Assembly: GCA_011364975.1 (NCBI GenBank)
Contig: RDOE01000063.1
Span: 1-18,693, forward strand
Source: Promethearchaeota archaeon
GTDB lineage: Archaea > Asgardarchaeota > Lokiarchaeia > Sigyniarchaeales > SOKP01
Reading direction: 5' to 3'
Length of the DNA: 18,693 nt
Below are positions 7,640 through 16,045 of this stretch, piece after piece (position 1 is the stretch's first letter; each line of letters opens with the position of its first letter). Made by a program: the position numbers and the translations under genes. Under the pieces are notes generated by a model. That model had not been told where the DNA came from. It worked only from the letters and a program-made list of their open reading frames with translations, and did not search any database.

Positions 7640-8323
7640 ATGCAAGTTAAAACTTACAATTTACTTAATGTTGGTGTCGGTGGTCAAGGAGTTATTAGAG
7701 CAGTACAAATGTTGATTTGCGCATTATCATCATAATAGCCAAATTACTCCATACTTAATGGAACAGTACAAATTCTCTCCTGGGCTGCTATGAGACAAGG
7801 TTATAAAGTAAGGACTGCAGAAACTCATGGTATGGCACAAAGGGGGGGTTCTGTAACCTCTTATCTTCGTTTTGGGGTTGATGTTGAGGGGCCCTTAATT
7901 CCAAGAGGTCATACTAATATAGTTTTGGCATTTGAAGCAAGCGAGGCTGTAAGATACTTTAACTATGCAGGTCCGGAGACTACATTTTTGATTAACGATT
8001 TAATTATGATTCCTCCAATGATTAACCAAATGGAGATGGATTACCCATCAAAAGAACAGATTCATGACTTTTTAAAAAAAGTCTCTGACAAGATTTATTT
8101 TATTAAAGCTGATGAATTAGCTTCAAATCTAGGTAATCCAAGAGTTATGAATGTATTAATGTTAGGTTTTCTTTTTGGTTCGGGAAATATTCCCCTAGAA
8201 AGAGAGAAAATCGAGGAAACAATTGTTGATTTTGTTCCAGAAAACGCATATGACATTAATCGAAAAGCTTTTCAATTGGGATATGATAATGGAATTAAAA
8301 TAAAAGAGGGTATATATGAATAG
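7640..8323 (+). CDS. iorB: Indolepyruvate:ferredoxin oxidoreductase beta subunit, interrupted; proposed join(7640..7708,7772..8323), 206 aa
   Basis: ATG 7640 reads MQVKTYNLLNVGVGGQGVIRAVQ, containing the family GVGGQG motif. After a 63-nt insert the same frame resumes ILSWAAMRQGYKVRTAETHGMAQRGGSV. The track ORF from 7790 lacks the conserved N-terminus. The stop overlaps the iorA start (ATGAATAG). Confidence 0.92.
7701..7773 (+). repeat. 10-bp direct repeat CAGTACAAAT flanking the iorB insert
   Basis: Exact copies at 7701-7710 and 7764-7773, period 63. Confidence 0.95.
7709..7771 (+). other. Candidate bulge-helix-bulge (BHB) intron, 63 nt, phase 0, in iorB mRNA
   Basis: Central 4-bp helix GUAC(7703-7706)/GUAC(7766-7769). 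3-nt bulges AAA(7707-7709) and AAA(7770-7772). Intron-side helix UGUU(7710-7713)/AACA(7762-7765). Exon-side helix AGAGCA(7697-7702)/UUCUCU(7773-7778) with one C-U mismatch. Contains in-frame TAA TAG (7733-7738). Confidence 0.75.
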
Positions 8324-10223
8324 ACCTTATTTTGCTGAAGATAATCCTGGAAAGCAAGTTTTAATGCTTGGAAATGAAGCGATTGCTCGTGGGATATTAG
8401 AAGCAGGCGTAATAATAGCTGCAGGATACCCTGGCACACCTTCATCTGAAATATTAACAACATTAGCAGAAATGCACCCATTTTTTCCCAAACTTATGTT
8501 AGAATGGAGTATAAATGAGAAAGTTGGGTTTGAAGTGGCTTATGGTGGTTCAATGTCTAATGTTAGATCTGTCGCGTGTATGAAACATGTTGGTCTAAAC
8601 GTAGCTTCTGATGCTTTTATGACCGCTTGCTATGCAGGAGCTCGTGGTGGTATGGTGGTTATTTCAGCAGATGACCCCAACTGTTTTTCTTCTCAGAATG
8701 AGCAAGATAATCGTTATTATGGACTTCATGCATTAGTCCCGGTTTTTGAACCTTCTACTCCACATGAAGCAAAAGAATTAATTAAGTATGCTTTTGAATT
8801 TTCTGAGGAATACCAATCAATTGTACTTTTTCGAACAACAACCCGATTAAATCATGCGCGTGCAGATGTAATCTTAGGAGATGTAAAGGAGATTAAAAGA
8901 GAATATGGGTTCGACTGGGATCGATCAAGATGGGTTTGCCTACCATCTCATTCTCGGATTTTACGAGTAAGATTACTGGAAAGATTAGAAGATATTTCTG
9001 AGTTTGCTGATGAATTTCCTTACAATCATCTAAAAATCTCTAAAGAAAGAATAAATGGTACTAGATATGGTTTTGTAGCTGCAGGAGTCCCTTATTCACA
9101 ATTGATGGATGCGTTAAAATATTTTGGTATTGAAGATAAGGTTTCCCTATTAAAATTGGGAATGGTATATCCTCCTCCAAAAAAATTAGTTAAAAAATTA
9201 TTTGATTCTGTTGATGAAATATTGGTGGTTGAGGAATTAGAACCATTTTTAGAAAATATATTGAAACAATTAGCATATGAAGAAGAAGTGTCAAGAGATT
9301 TAAAAATCCATGGAAAGGATTATTTTCCTCAGAACGGAGAATTTCCTGCGGAACTCTACTTTGAAATAATATCAAATTTGATTGGATTACCTTATAAAAA
9401 AGTAAAAGTGCCTGAAAATTTAATGATAATTCCTCCAAGATTACCAATTTTATGCCCTGGATGTAGTCATAGAGCCACATTTTACGCAATTAAAAAAGTA
9501 GAAAAAAAATTTCACACAAAATTCGTTAATTCATCAGATATCGGATGTTATACGTTAGCGGTTTATAAACCCTTGGAAGGGCTTGATACTGAAGTGTGTA
9601 TGGGAGGTTCAATAGGATTAGCAAATGGAATTTCAAAAATACAACCCAAAGAAAATCCGGTGTTAGCTATTTTAGGTGATTCAACGTTTTTTCATTCTGG
9701 AATTCCTGCTTTAATTAATGCGGTATACAATAACAATAATATTTTAGTTGTAATATTGGATAATAGATCTACTAGTATGACGGGGTTCCAAGATAATCCA
9801 GGTACAGGGATAAAAATAACTAAAGAGCCTGGAACTAAGATAATCATCGAAGATTTAGTAAAAGGATGTGGTGTTGCTCCAAATAATATATGGATTGAAG
9901 ATTCTAATGATTTACAAAAAATGATTGATAAGATGGAAGATGCAGTGAAAGCAGAGGGCGTTCGAGTATTCATTTCGAGACATACATGTTCTTTAGTAGA
10001 AATAAATGAAATGCGTTCTCAAAACATTAAACCTTCAATTGTTAAAGTTGATGAAGATAAATGTATTGGGTGTCTTATTTGTACTAATCAATTTGGGTGT
10101 CCTGCACTTAATTTTAATGAAGATTCAAAAAAGGCAGCTATTGATGATGTATCATGTCGAGGATGTAAAGTTTGTATAGATGTATGTCCTCAAAATGCAA
10201 TCTATGAGGAGAGCGACTCATAA
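8316..10223 (+). CDS. iorA: Indolepyruvate:ferredoxin oxidoreductase alpha subunit
   Basis: LGNEAIARG, GYPGTPSSEI, EWSINEKV, MKHVGLNVASD, SSQNEQDNR, LCPGCSHR, DIGCYTL, TPP-binding GDSTFFHSG...LDN, and two C-terminal [4Fe-4S] motifs (CIGCLIC...CP; CRGCKVCIDVCP). Confidence 0.96.
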   Translation: MNRPYFAEDNPGKQVLMLGNEAIARGILEAGVIIAAGYPGTPSSEILTTLAEMHPFFPKLMLEWSINEKVGFEVAYGGSMSNVRSVACMKHVGLNVASDAFMTACYAGARGGMVVISADDPNCFSSQNEQDNRYYGLHALVPVFEPSTPHEAKELIKYAFEFSEEYQSIVLFRTTTRLNHARADVILGDVKEIKREYGFDWDRSRWVCLPSHSRILRVRLLERLEDISEFADEFPYNHLKISKERINGTRYGFVAAGVPYSQLMDALKYFGIEDKVSLLKLGMVYPPPKKLVKKLFDSVDEILVVEELEPFLENILKQLAYEEEVSRDLKIHGKDYFPQNGEFPAELYFEIISNLIGLPYKKVKVPENLMIIPPRLPILCPGCSHRATFYAIKKVEKKFHTKFVNSSDIGCYTLAVYKPLEGLDTEVCMGGSIGLANGISKIQPKENPVLAILGDSTFFHSGIPALINAVYNNNNILVVILDNRSTSMTGFQDNPGTGIKITKEPGTKIIIEDLVKGCGVAPNNIWIEDSNDLQKMIDKMEDAVKAEGVRVFISRHTCSLVEINEMRSQNIKPSIVKVDEDKCIGCLICTNQFGCPALNFNEDSKKAAIDDVSCRGCKVCIDVCPQNAIYEESDS

Positions 10224-10224
10224 A

Positions 10225-11610
10225 ATGCTTAATTTTTTCTTCTATCCTAAAACTATTGCTATTATTGGAGCAACTGCAAACCCCAAAAAGTTTGGAAACG
10301 CTGTCACCATTAATATTCTTACTAATAAAAATCTAGCTAGTAAGTTGTTTTTAGTATCTCATAATACAGTAGAAATCTTAGGAATAAAATGCTATAATTC
10401 TCTACTTGATATTAATAATGAGATTGATCTTGCTATTATATTAGTGCCTAAAAAAGCTGTTTCTCAAGTTATTGACGACTGTATTATAAAAAAAGTCAAA
10501 GGTATAATTATTGTCACTTCAGGTTTTGGTGAAATTGATGAAGAAGGAAAGAAGGCTGAGATTATTATAGCTGAAAAATGCAAAAAAGCAAATATTAGAG
10601 TTATGGGCCCAAATTGCGTAGGAATTCAAAATACACAAATAGGTCTTAATGCCTCATTCATTCAAATGCCTAATCCAGGTAATATTAGTATGATTAGCCA
10701 ATCTGGTTCGATTGGATGTGCATTATTCTATGCTCTAGATCGCATTAATTTAGGAATTTCTAAATTCGCAAACATAGGTAATGCTGTGGAGATTTCTTTC
10801 AATGAGATATTAGATTACTTTAATAATGATGCGACTACAAAAATAATTGCTCTATATCTTGAATCCTTAAAGGAAGGGATAACTTTTTTAAATCTTATGA
10901 AGAAGGTAACATTAAACAAGCCAGTAATAGTATTAAAGGGTGGAAGAACAAGTAAAGGAATGAAAGCAGCTAGTAGTCACACCGGATCTGTTGCAACAAA
11001 TTATAGAATAATGAAAACAGCAATTCATCAGTCAAATGCGTTACTATGTGAATCCATGGAAGATTTCATAACTGCAATAAAAACACTTAGTTTATTACCA
11101 TTACCGAAGGGAAAAAATATTGGAGTATTAACTAATAGTGGAGGGAGTGCGGTACTTTTCAGTGATAATGCTGAGGGTTACGGTTTGACGTTAGCATCTT
11201 TTTCTGATGAGTTACAAAAAAAAATAAAGCCTTATTTAATCCCATTAGTTAAAATGGTAAATCCACTTGATATGATTGCAAGTGCTGCAAAAGAACAATA
11301 TTTTCAGGTTACGAAAGCAATGCTTGACGACCCAGATATTGATATAGTTGTAGCTGGGTGTGTGATTCCTCCATTTTTAGAAATGAAAAGGGATGAACAT
11401 TATAAAGGAGTAATTAAGGCTTGGAATGAAACTGGCAGAAAAAAGCCAGTAATTCCTATGTTTTTATTTAGTCAAAGTTTTGAAGACTTAAATTATTATG
11501 CAAATAAAGAACAAGCACCGATCTTTTTTACTCCAAAAGAAGCAGCCTTTGCAATCAAGATCTTAATCGAACAGGTAAAAACACAAGAAGAAATGAAAAA
11601 TTTAGTTTAG
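10225..11610 (+). CDS. ADP-forming acyl/aryl-CoA synthetase alpha subunit (AcdA-like), no ATP-grasp domain
   Basis: PKTIAIIGAT CoA-binding fold, SGFGE, MGPNCVG, SQSG, GNAVEI, LYLES, LKGGRT, phospho-His motif ASSHTGS, TNSGG and NPLD. The start is more likely ATG 10225 (MLNFFFYPK, 1 nt after the iorA stop) than the track's 10180. Confidence 0.9.
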   Translation: MLNFFFYPKTIAIIGATANPKKFGNAVTINILTNKNLASKLFLVSHNTVEILGIKCYNSLLDINNEIDLAIILVPKKAVSQVIDDCIIKKVKGIIIVTSGFGEIDEEGKKAEIIIAEKCKKANIRVMGPNCVGIQNTQIGLNASFIQMPNPGNISMISQSGSIGCALFYALDRINLGISKFANIGNAVEISFNEILDYFNNDATTKIIALYLESLKEGITFLNLMKKVTLNKPVIVLKGGRTSKGMKAASSHTGSVATNYRIMKTAIHQSNALLCESMEDFITAIKTLSLLPLPKGKNIGVLTNSGGSAVLFSDNAEGYGLTLASFSDELQKKIKPYLIPLVKMVNPLDMIASAAKEQYFQVTKAMLDDPDIDIVVAGCVIPPFLEMKRDEHYKGVIKAWNETGRKKPVIPMFLFSQSFEDLNYYANKEQAPIFFTPKEAAFAIKILIEQVKTQEEMKNLV

Positions 11611-11618
11611 ATTAATAA

Positions 11619-12038
11619 TTATGATATTTCTAAAACGTCAAATCCATTATCCCTTAATACTTCGTTCCCTTTTTCATTATCATCTAATCTTAGGACTGTA
11701 ATTGTTGTGGCTTGAGAGGTATGTTCGGAATAAGTATACAAATACTCAATATTGATTTTATTTGAACCAAGAGTCTTAGCAATTTTATACAATTGTCCAA
11801 TATTATCAGATAATCTAACAGCGACTACTTCTGTAATTGAATATAATAGTTCTTTCTGTTCTAATAGTTCTACACATTTTTCAAATTGATCAACCAATAA
11901 TAATAACAAACCATAATCTTCAGTTTCAGCCACGGTTAAAGATCGTATATAGATTTTATTATCCATCAGAAGTTCAAAAAAGTTAGCAAGCTGACCTGGT
12001 TGATTAGGTAAAAAGACCGAGAGTTGATTTAATATCAT
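11619..12038 (-). CDS. Tandem ACT-domain (amino-acid-binding) protein
   Basis: QLSVFLPNQPGQLA...IRSLTVAETEDYGLL and a second repeat VVAVRLSDNIGQL...INIEYLY. This matches the two-ACT family commonly found near ior and aryl-CoA ligase genes. Confidence 0.88.
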   Translation of the reverse strand: MILNQLSVFLPNQPGQLANFFELLMDNKIYIRSLTVAETEDYGLLLLLVDQFEKCVELLEQKELLYSITEVVAVRLSDNIGQLYKIAKTLGSNKINIEYLYTYSEHTSQATTITVLRLDDNEKGNEVLRDNGFDVLEIS

Positions 12039-12253
12039 AATTAATTATCAAGATTTGAGATCATATTATATTAAATAAAAATTATATCCTACTATTCAAT
12101 ACTATTAGAAAAATAGATTCTATAAAAATAATACTAAAATCATAGTTATTTATTAATATTTAATTCCCGTAATTTTTTAAGGAAAAAAAACTTCTGATTT
12201 ATTTGGCGAATCAGTAGTTATATTCGAAATATTATTTTAAAATATTAAAAAAT

Positions 12254-12991
12254 GTGATGCTTATGGAAGCATGGAATGATAAATTTAATGAGGAACTTAT
12301 TTGGACTGTAGATTTAAGGGATAATTTATATGAAAAAGCCGATATTGCACTTAAAAAGAATATACTAGAAATTGGATGTGGAAAAGGAGAATTATTGAAA
12401 GAATTAGGCATCAAATTTGATCTTAAGCTTTATGGTATTGATGTAAATGATTCATTAATCGAGTATGCAAAAGATAATCTACTTTTGAATCGAATTGACG
12501 CAAAATTGATTAACATGGACATTCTAAATAATAATTTTGAATCGAAATTTTTTGATTGTATTTTTTGTCATTATAGTTTCTTATGGATTAAAGATCTAGA
12601 TAAGGCTCTAAATCAAATTAATAGAATTTTAAAAGGTGATGGTTCCTTCTTGATTTTAGGGGAACCAGATTACGAGGGCCTAGTAGAATTTCCCAACACT
12701 AACTTAAGAAATGAATTATGTAATTGTATAAAAAAAATGGGAGGAGATCCCGAAATAGGGCGAAAACTAATCCAATATTTTTATAATAGGTTTAAAATAG
12801 TTGAGCAATACTGTTCTAGTACTCCATTAACCCCAATTATAAATAAACAAAGATTATATAATGATTTAGAATTCTATTTGAAAATCCTAAATCCCAAAAA
12901 ATTCAAATTTGATCTGATGAAAAAAAGTATTGACAGCAATAAGTATTTTTTATTTATCCCGGTTTTTACTTATTATCTGAAAAAGATTTAA
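12254..12991 (+). CDS. Class I SAM-dependent methyltransferase
   Basis: Motif I ILEIGCGKG, then YGID, FDCIF, and RILKGDG...EPDY. The exact start (12254, 12257 or 12263) is uncertain. Confidence 0.88.
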   Translation: MMLMEAWNDKFNEELIWTVDLRDNLYEKADIALKKNILEIGCGKGELLKELGIKFDLKLYGIDVNDSLIEYAKDNLLLNRIDAKLINMDILNNNFESKFFDCIFCHYSFLWIKDLDKALNQINRILKGDGSFLILGEPDYEGLVEFPNTNLRNELCNCIKKMGGDPEIGRKLIQYFYNRFKIVEQYCSSTPLTPIINKQRLYNDLEFYLKILNPKKFKFDLMKKSIDSNKYFLFIPVFTYYLKKI

Positions 12992-13001
12992 AACTAGATG
13001 A

Positions 13002-13796
13002 ATGAACCTAAAAACCTTTTATGAAACACATCGTAATTTTTCAAAAAGATCTAGAACAGATTATTTTATTTCACCTGGAATTAAATGTAAATTTGATCTA
13101 ATTATAGAAAGAGTTATCAAAGCAAATTATATTCCAAATGCTGCTGATCTAGGTTGTTCTGGAGATTCAATCTTATGTTTCATCAATAATATTAAAAAAA
13201 AATCGTTTTTAGATATCACTAACGAACCTCTTTATCAATTTAAAAACGAGTATTGTAATTTAAGCACTTTTGAAAAAGCTTATTACTCTCATCTTCCCGT
13301 TTGTGGGGATATTCAAAATCTCCCCTATAAAGCAGATACATTTGGAATTGTTTTTGCGCTTGATGTTTTGGAACATGTGAAAAATGATGAAGCCACTGTA
13401 GCAGAAATTAGCAGAATTCTTAAGAAGCATGGACTTGCAATCGTTAGTGTCCCAAATCGAAAAAAGTATTACACAATTCAAGATAAATTGATTGGTCATT
13501 ATAGAAGGTATGAATTTGATGAGATTACGCAGTTATTTTATAGATATAATCTTAAATGTATCGAATATTTTGGCATTTATGGGATTTTAATGAAATTATC
13601 TTTTGTTCAAGGAATAAAACCAGATTTTACTGAGGAAAAAATCCTTGATTTAAGGAGAAAGTATGATTCTAATACTAAATTTAGAATTGTATGGAATACT
13701 CTTATGAAAATAGCCTCTAAGATGATGAAATTAGATGCAAAATATACTCCGTTAAAATATATTATGAATATGGCATACATATTTATGAAATTTTAG
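13002..13796 (+). CDS. Class I SAM-dependent methyltransferase (Methyltransf_11-like)
   Basis: ADLGCSG, GDIQNLPY, ALDVLEHV, RILKKHG...VSVPN and D...GHYRRY. Lies 10 nt downstream of the previous gene, so the two are likely co-transcribed. Confidence 0.88.
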   Translation: MNLKTFYETHRNFSKRSRTDYFISPGIKCKFDLIIERVIKANYIPNAADLGCSGDSILCFINNIKKKSFLDITNEPLYQFKNEYCNLSTFEKAYYSHLPVCGDIQNLPYKADTFGIVFALDVLEHVKNDEATVAEISRILKKHGLAIVSVPNRKKYYTIQDKLIGHYRRYEFDEITQLFYRYNLKCIEYFGIYGILMKLSFVQGIKPDFTEEKILDLRRKYDSNTKFRIVWNTLMKIASKMMKLDAKYTPLKYIMNMAYIFMKF

Positions 13797-13812
13797 TATA
13801 AGAAGAGAAAAA

Positions 13813-14220
13813 CTATTCTATTGTATTTTTATTCGCCTGTTCTTTTTTCATTTGTTCAAATAGCGTTCTATATTCATCAATATACTTCTCATCCTTAGTT
13901 TCCTCAATCTTATTTAAAAGTTCGATTGACCTACTTAAAGCTTCTGAGGTATGTTTAATTTTATCGAAATATTTTTGTTTAATTTGTTGCGATTTTGCTA
14001 ATCTTAGTGATGTTTTAAAATTCTTTATTGAATTTTCAATTTCTTTCTGCGATTCAAGCACAGAATCTTTTAATTGTTTTTTTCTCTGGGCTAATTTAAT
14101 ACAATTATCACAGATATTCTCTCCCGAATCCTTCTGTTCCTTCTTAATCATAAATGGATTTCCACAACGGGAACAAGTAATAAGTTTAACGATTAATTTA
14201 TTATCATTAGGGTCTGGCAT
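13813..14220 (-). CDS. Hypothetical protein: N-terminal zinc ribbon plus C-terminal coiled coil
   Basis: CSRC-x17-CDNC followed by a K/E/Q-rich heptad-like helical region. ATG start, 135 aa. Confidence 0.7.
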   Translation of the reverse strand: MPDPNDNKLIVKLITCSRCGNPFMIKKEQKDSGENICDNCIKLAQRKKQLKDSVLESQKEIENSIKNFKTSLRLAKSQQIKQKYFDKIKHTSEALSRSIELLNKIEETKDEKYIDEYRTLFEQMKKEQANKNTIE

Positions 14221-14571
14221 AAATGAAAACTGGAGAAACCATAATCAAGTATTTACTAAATAAATAACGTTTCTATAATTTAATTGTTAATTTTTTTCAT
14301 AAGCCATATGATATTTACCTAATAGAGCAATTATTTTTTGATGTTATAAACTGAAAAAGAATTATGATACTTTTATTCAAAAAAGTTAAGAAATAAAGAT
14401 TTCAACCATTATATTTCGTAATTCTAAAGAAAAGTTATAGATTTTTATTATAATAGATACTAATATTTATATACAGATATGTATAAATAATTATACATTA
14501 ATAAATCAAAAAAAATTATTTTTTATTATCAACCTAACCAAATTAGAAATTAGATTATAATGTGATTAAGC

Positions 14572-14790
14572 TTGTCTGAAATTGATGATGAAAAAAAAAT
14601 AATCCAAGCAGTACCTGGAGATGGATGTATTCTTGTTTTTATTATGCTTTTGTTGGGAATTTTAGCCTTAATCTTCCTATATCTTTATTGGCTTCTTACA
14701 TTAATTTGTCTCATCTTAATAATTATAGTTGCAATTATTTATGCTATAAAATATCATCATCGAAGTAGCATTCTTCATCCAAATCCTTAA
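14572..14790 (+). CDS. Small membrane protein (hydrophobic hairpin)
   Basis: 72 aa with an acidic N-terminus, about 40 consecutive hydrophobic residues and a basic/His tail. TTG start, T-tract downstream. Confidence 0.55.
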   Translation: MSEIDDEKKIIQAVPGDGCILVFIMLLLGILALIFLYLYWLLTLICLILIIIVAIIYAIKYHHRSSILHPNP

Positions 14791-14978
14791 TCAAAATCAT
14801 TTTTTTTCTATTAAAATTATTTGATTTTATAAAAAGTATTTATAATTAGTTTAGAGTTGATTTAACCATTTTAAAATATATTTAAATGTAAGAAAAAAAA
14901 ATATTACTACAATATCTATAAAAATATACCGATTTTAAGAAATTTAATGATTCCAACACTTTTTTGAGTAGGATATAA

Positions 14979-16027
14979 ATGCTCGCTTCCGAAGGATGGA
15001 TTAATGGGATCGTTGCAAGTGTTTGTTTTATATTTGCTTTTATACTTGGAATAGGTATAATCTATCAGGGTAGAAAGTCAGGAGCTAAACTTTTATCATA
15101 CATGGGAGTTAGTATATTTTTTTCCGCCTTTTTTTGGATTATAGCTTGTTTTGATTTTTTTTCAATTCTTTTTTTTGGGATTAATTTAACTTTACCAACT
15201 CATTTGATGGGTATTATAACCTTTTTCTTTAGTCCCCTTATTACTATTATCTCGATGTATATTGGAGGGGAATTATTAATACCAGAAAAAAAAAAATTAT
15301 CCTTCTTTTATTTCTTATATTGGGAATTATTTTTGAATTAATTATATTTCTTAATCCAAATGATACTTTTTATATTAGTATTCCTCTCATATCAGGCACA
15401 GATATAATCTATGTTTATTTTAATTCTAATAATTTTGTGATAATATTATTATATTTTATATTTTCATTTTCTGGCTTTATTTTTTTAGGATTCGGTTATT
15501 TTATTAAAAGTATTCATTCAAAAGCGGTAATTAAAAAAAAATTTTTTTTCTTGTCTTTAGGATATTTTCTATTTTTAGGTTTTCCGTTAATTAGATCCTT
15601 AATTTTAAGAGTAGGATTTATTATTCCAATATATTACGTGAGAATTGGGATGGTGAGTAGCTTCTTCTTCTTTTATTACGGGTTAAGAGTAGAACCTGAA
15701 GAAAAATTACCTAAAAAAGAAGAAGTTAAGATAGCACAGTCATTATTCAGATTATACGAAAGACCTTCTTATATTACAGAAGAGGAGGTCATTTTGCATA
15801 AAGAAAGAAATATTTGTCTTGTTTGTAAAAATAAAGTATTAAGAGTTAGTTATATCTGCCCCAAATGCAACGCCTTATATTGTAAAAATTGTTCTGAAGA
15901 ATTGTCTGATTTAGAAAATAGTTGTTGGGTTTGTAATGAACCATTTGATGAAACTAAACCGACAAAGAAATTTCCGGTTGGTAAAATAGATGATTATAAA
16001 AATATAGAAAGTAAAAAAGCTAAATAG
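14979..16027 (+). pseudogene. 7TM membrane protein with C-terminal Cys8 RING-like zinc finger; frameshift at A11 run (track ORFs 14979..15341 and 15320..16027 are one gene)
   Basis: A11 at 15286-15296. One extra A gives ...LLIPEKKKIILLLFLILGIIFELIIFLNP... and a continuous 349-aa protein with 7 hydrophobic segments and CLVC-x10-CPKC-x4-CKNC-x10-CWVC. The break may be a sequencing error rather than a true pseudogene. Confidence 0.78.
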
Positions 16028-16045
16028 ACTAATCGGTTAAAATAA

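Noticed and set aside
7733-7738. Stop-codon readthrough or Sec/Pyl recoding of iorB
   Set aside because: There are two consecutive stops (TAA TAG), and readthrough would leave 21 extra residues in a conserved helix. Other genes here end normally at TAA, TAG and TGA.
7711-7763. C/D-box sRNA within the iorB insert
   Set aside because: ATGATGA (box C-like) occurs only on the antisense strand, and no CTGA box D is present.
10180-10224. N-terminal 15 aa of the track's acdA ORF
   Set aside because: It overlaps the iorA ferredoxin motif in another frame. Family similarity starts at the ATG at 10225.
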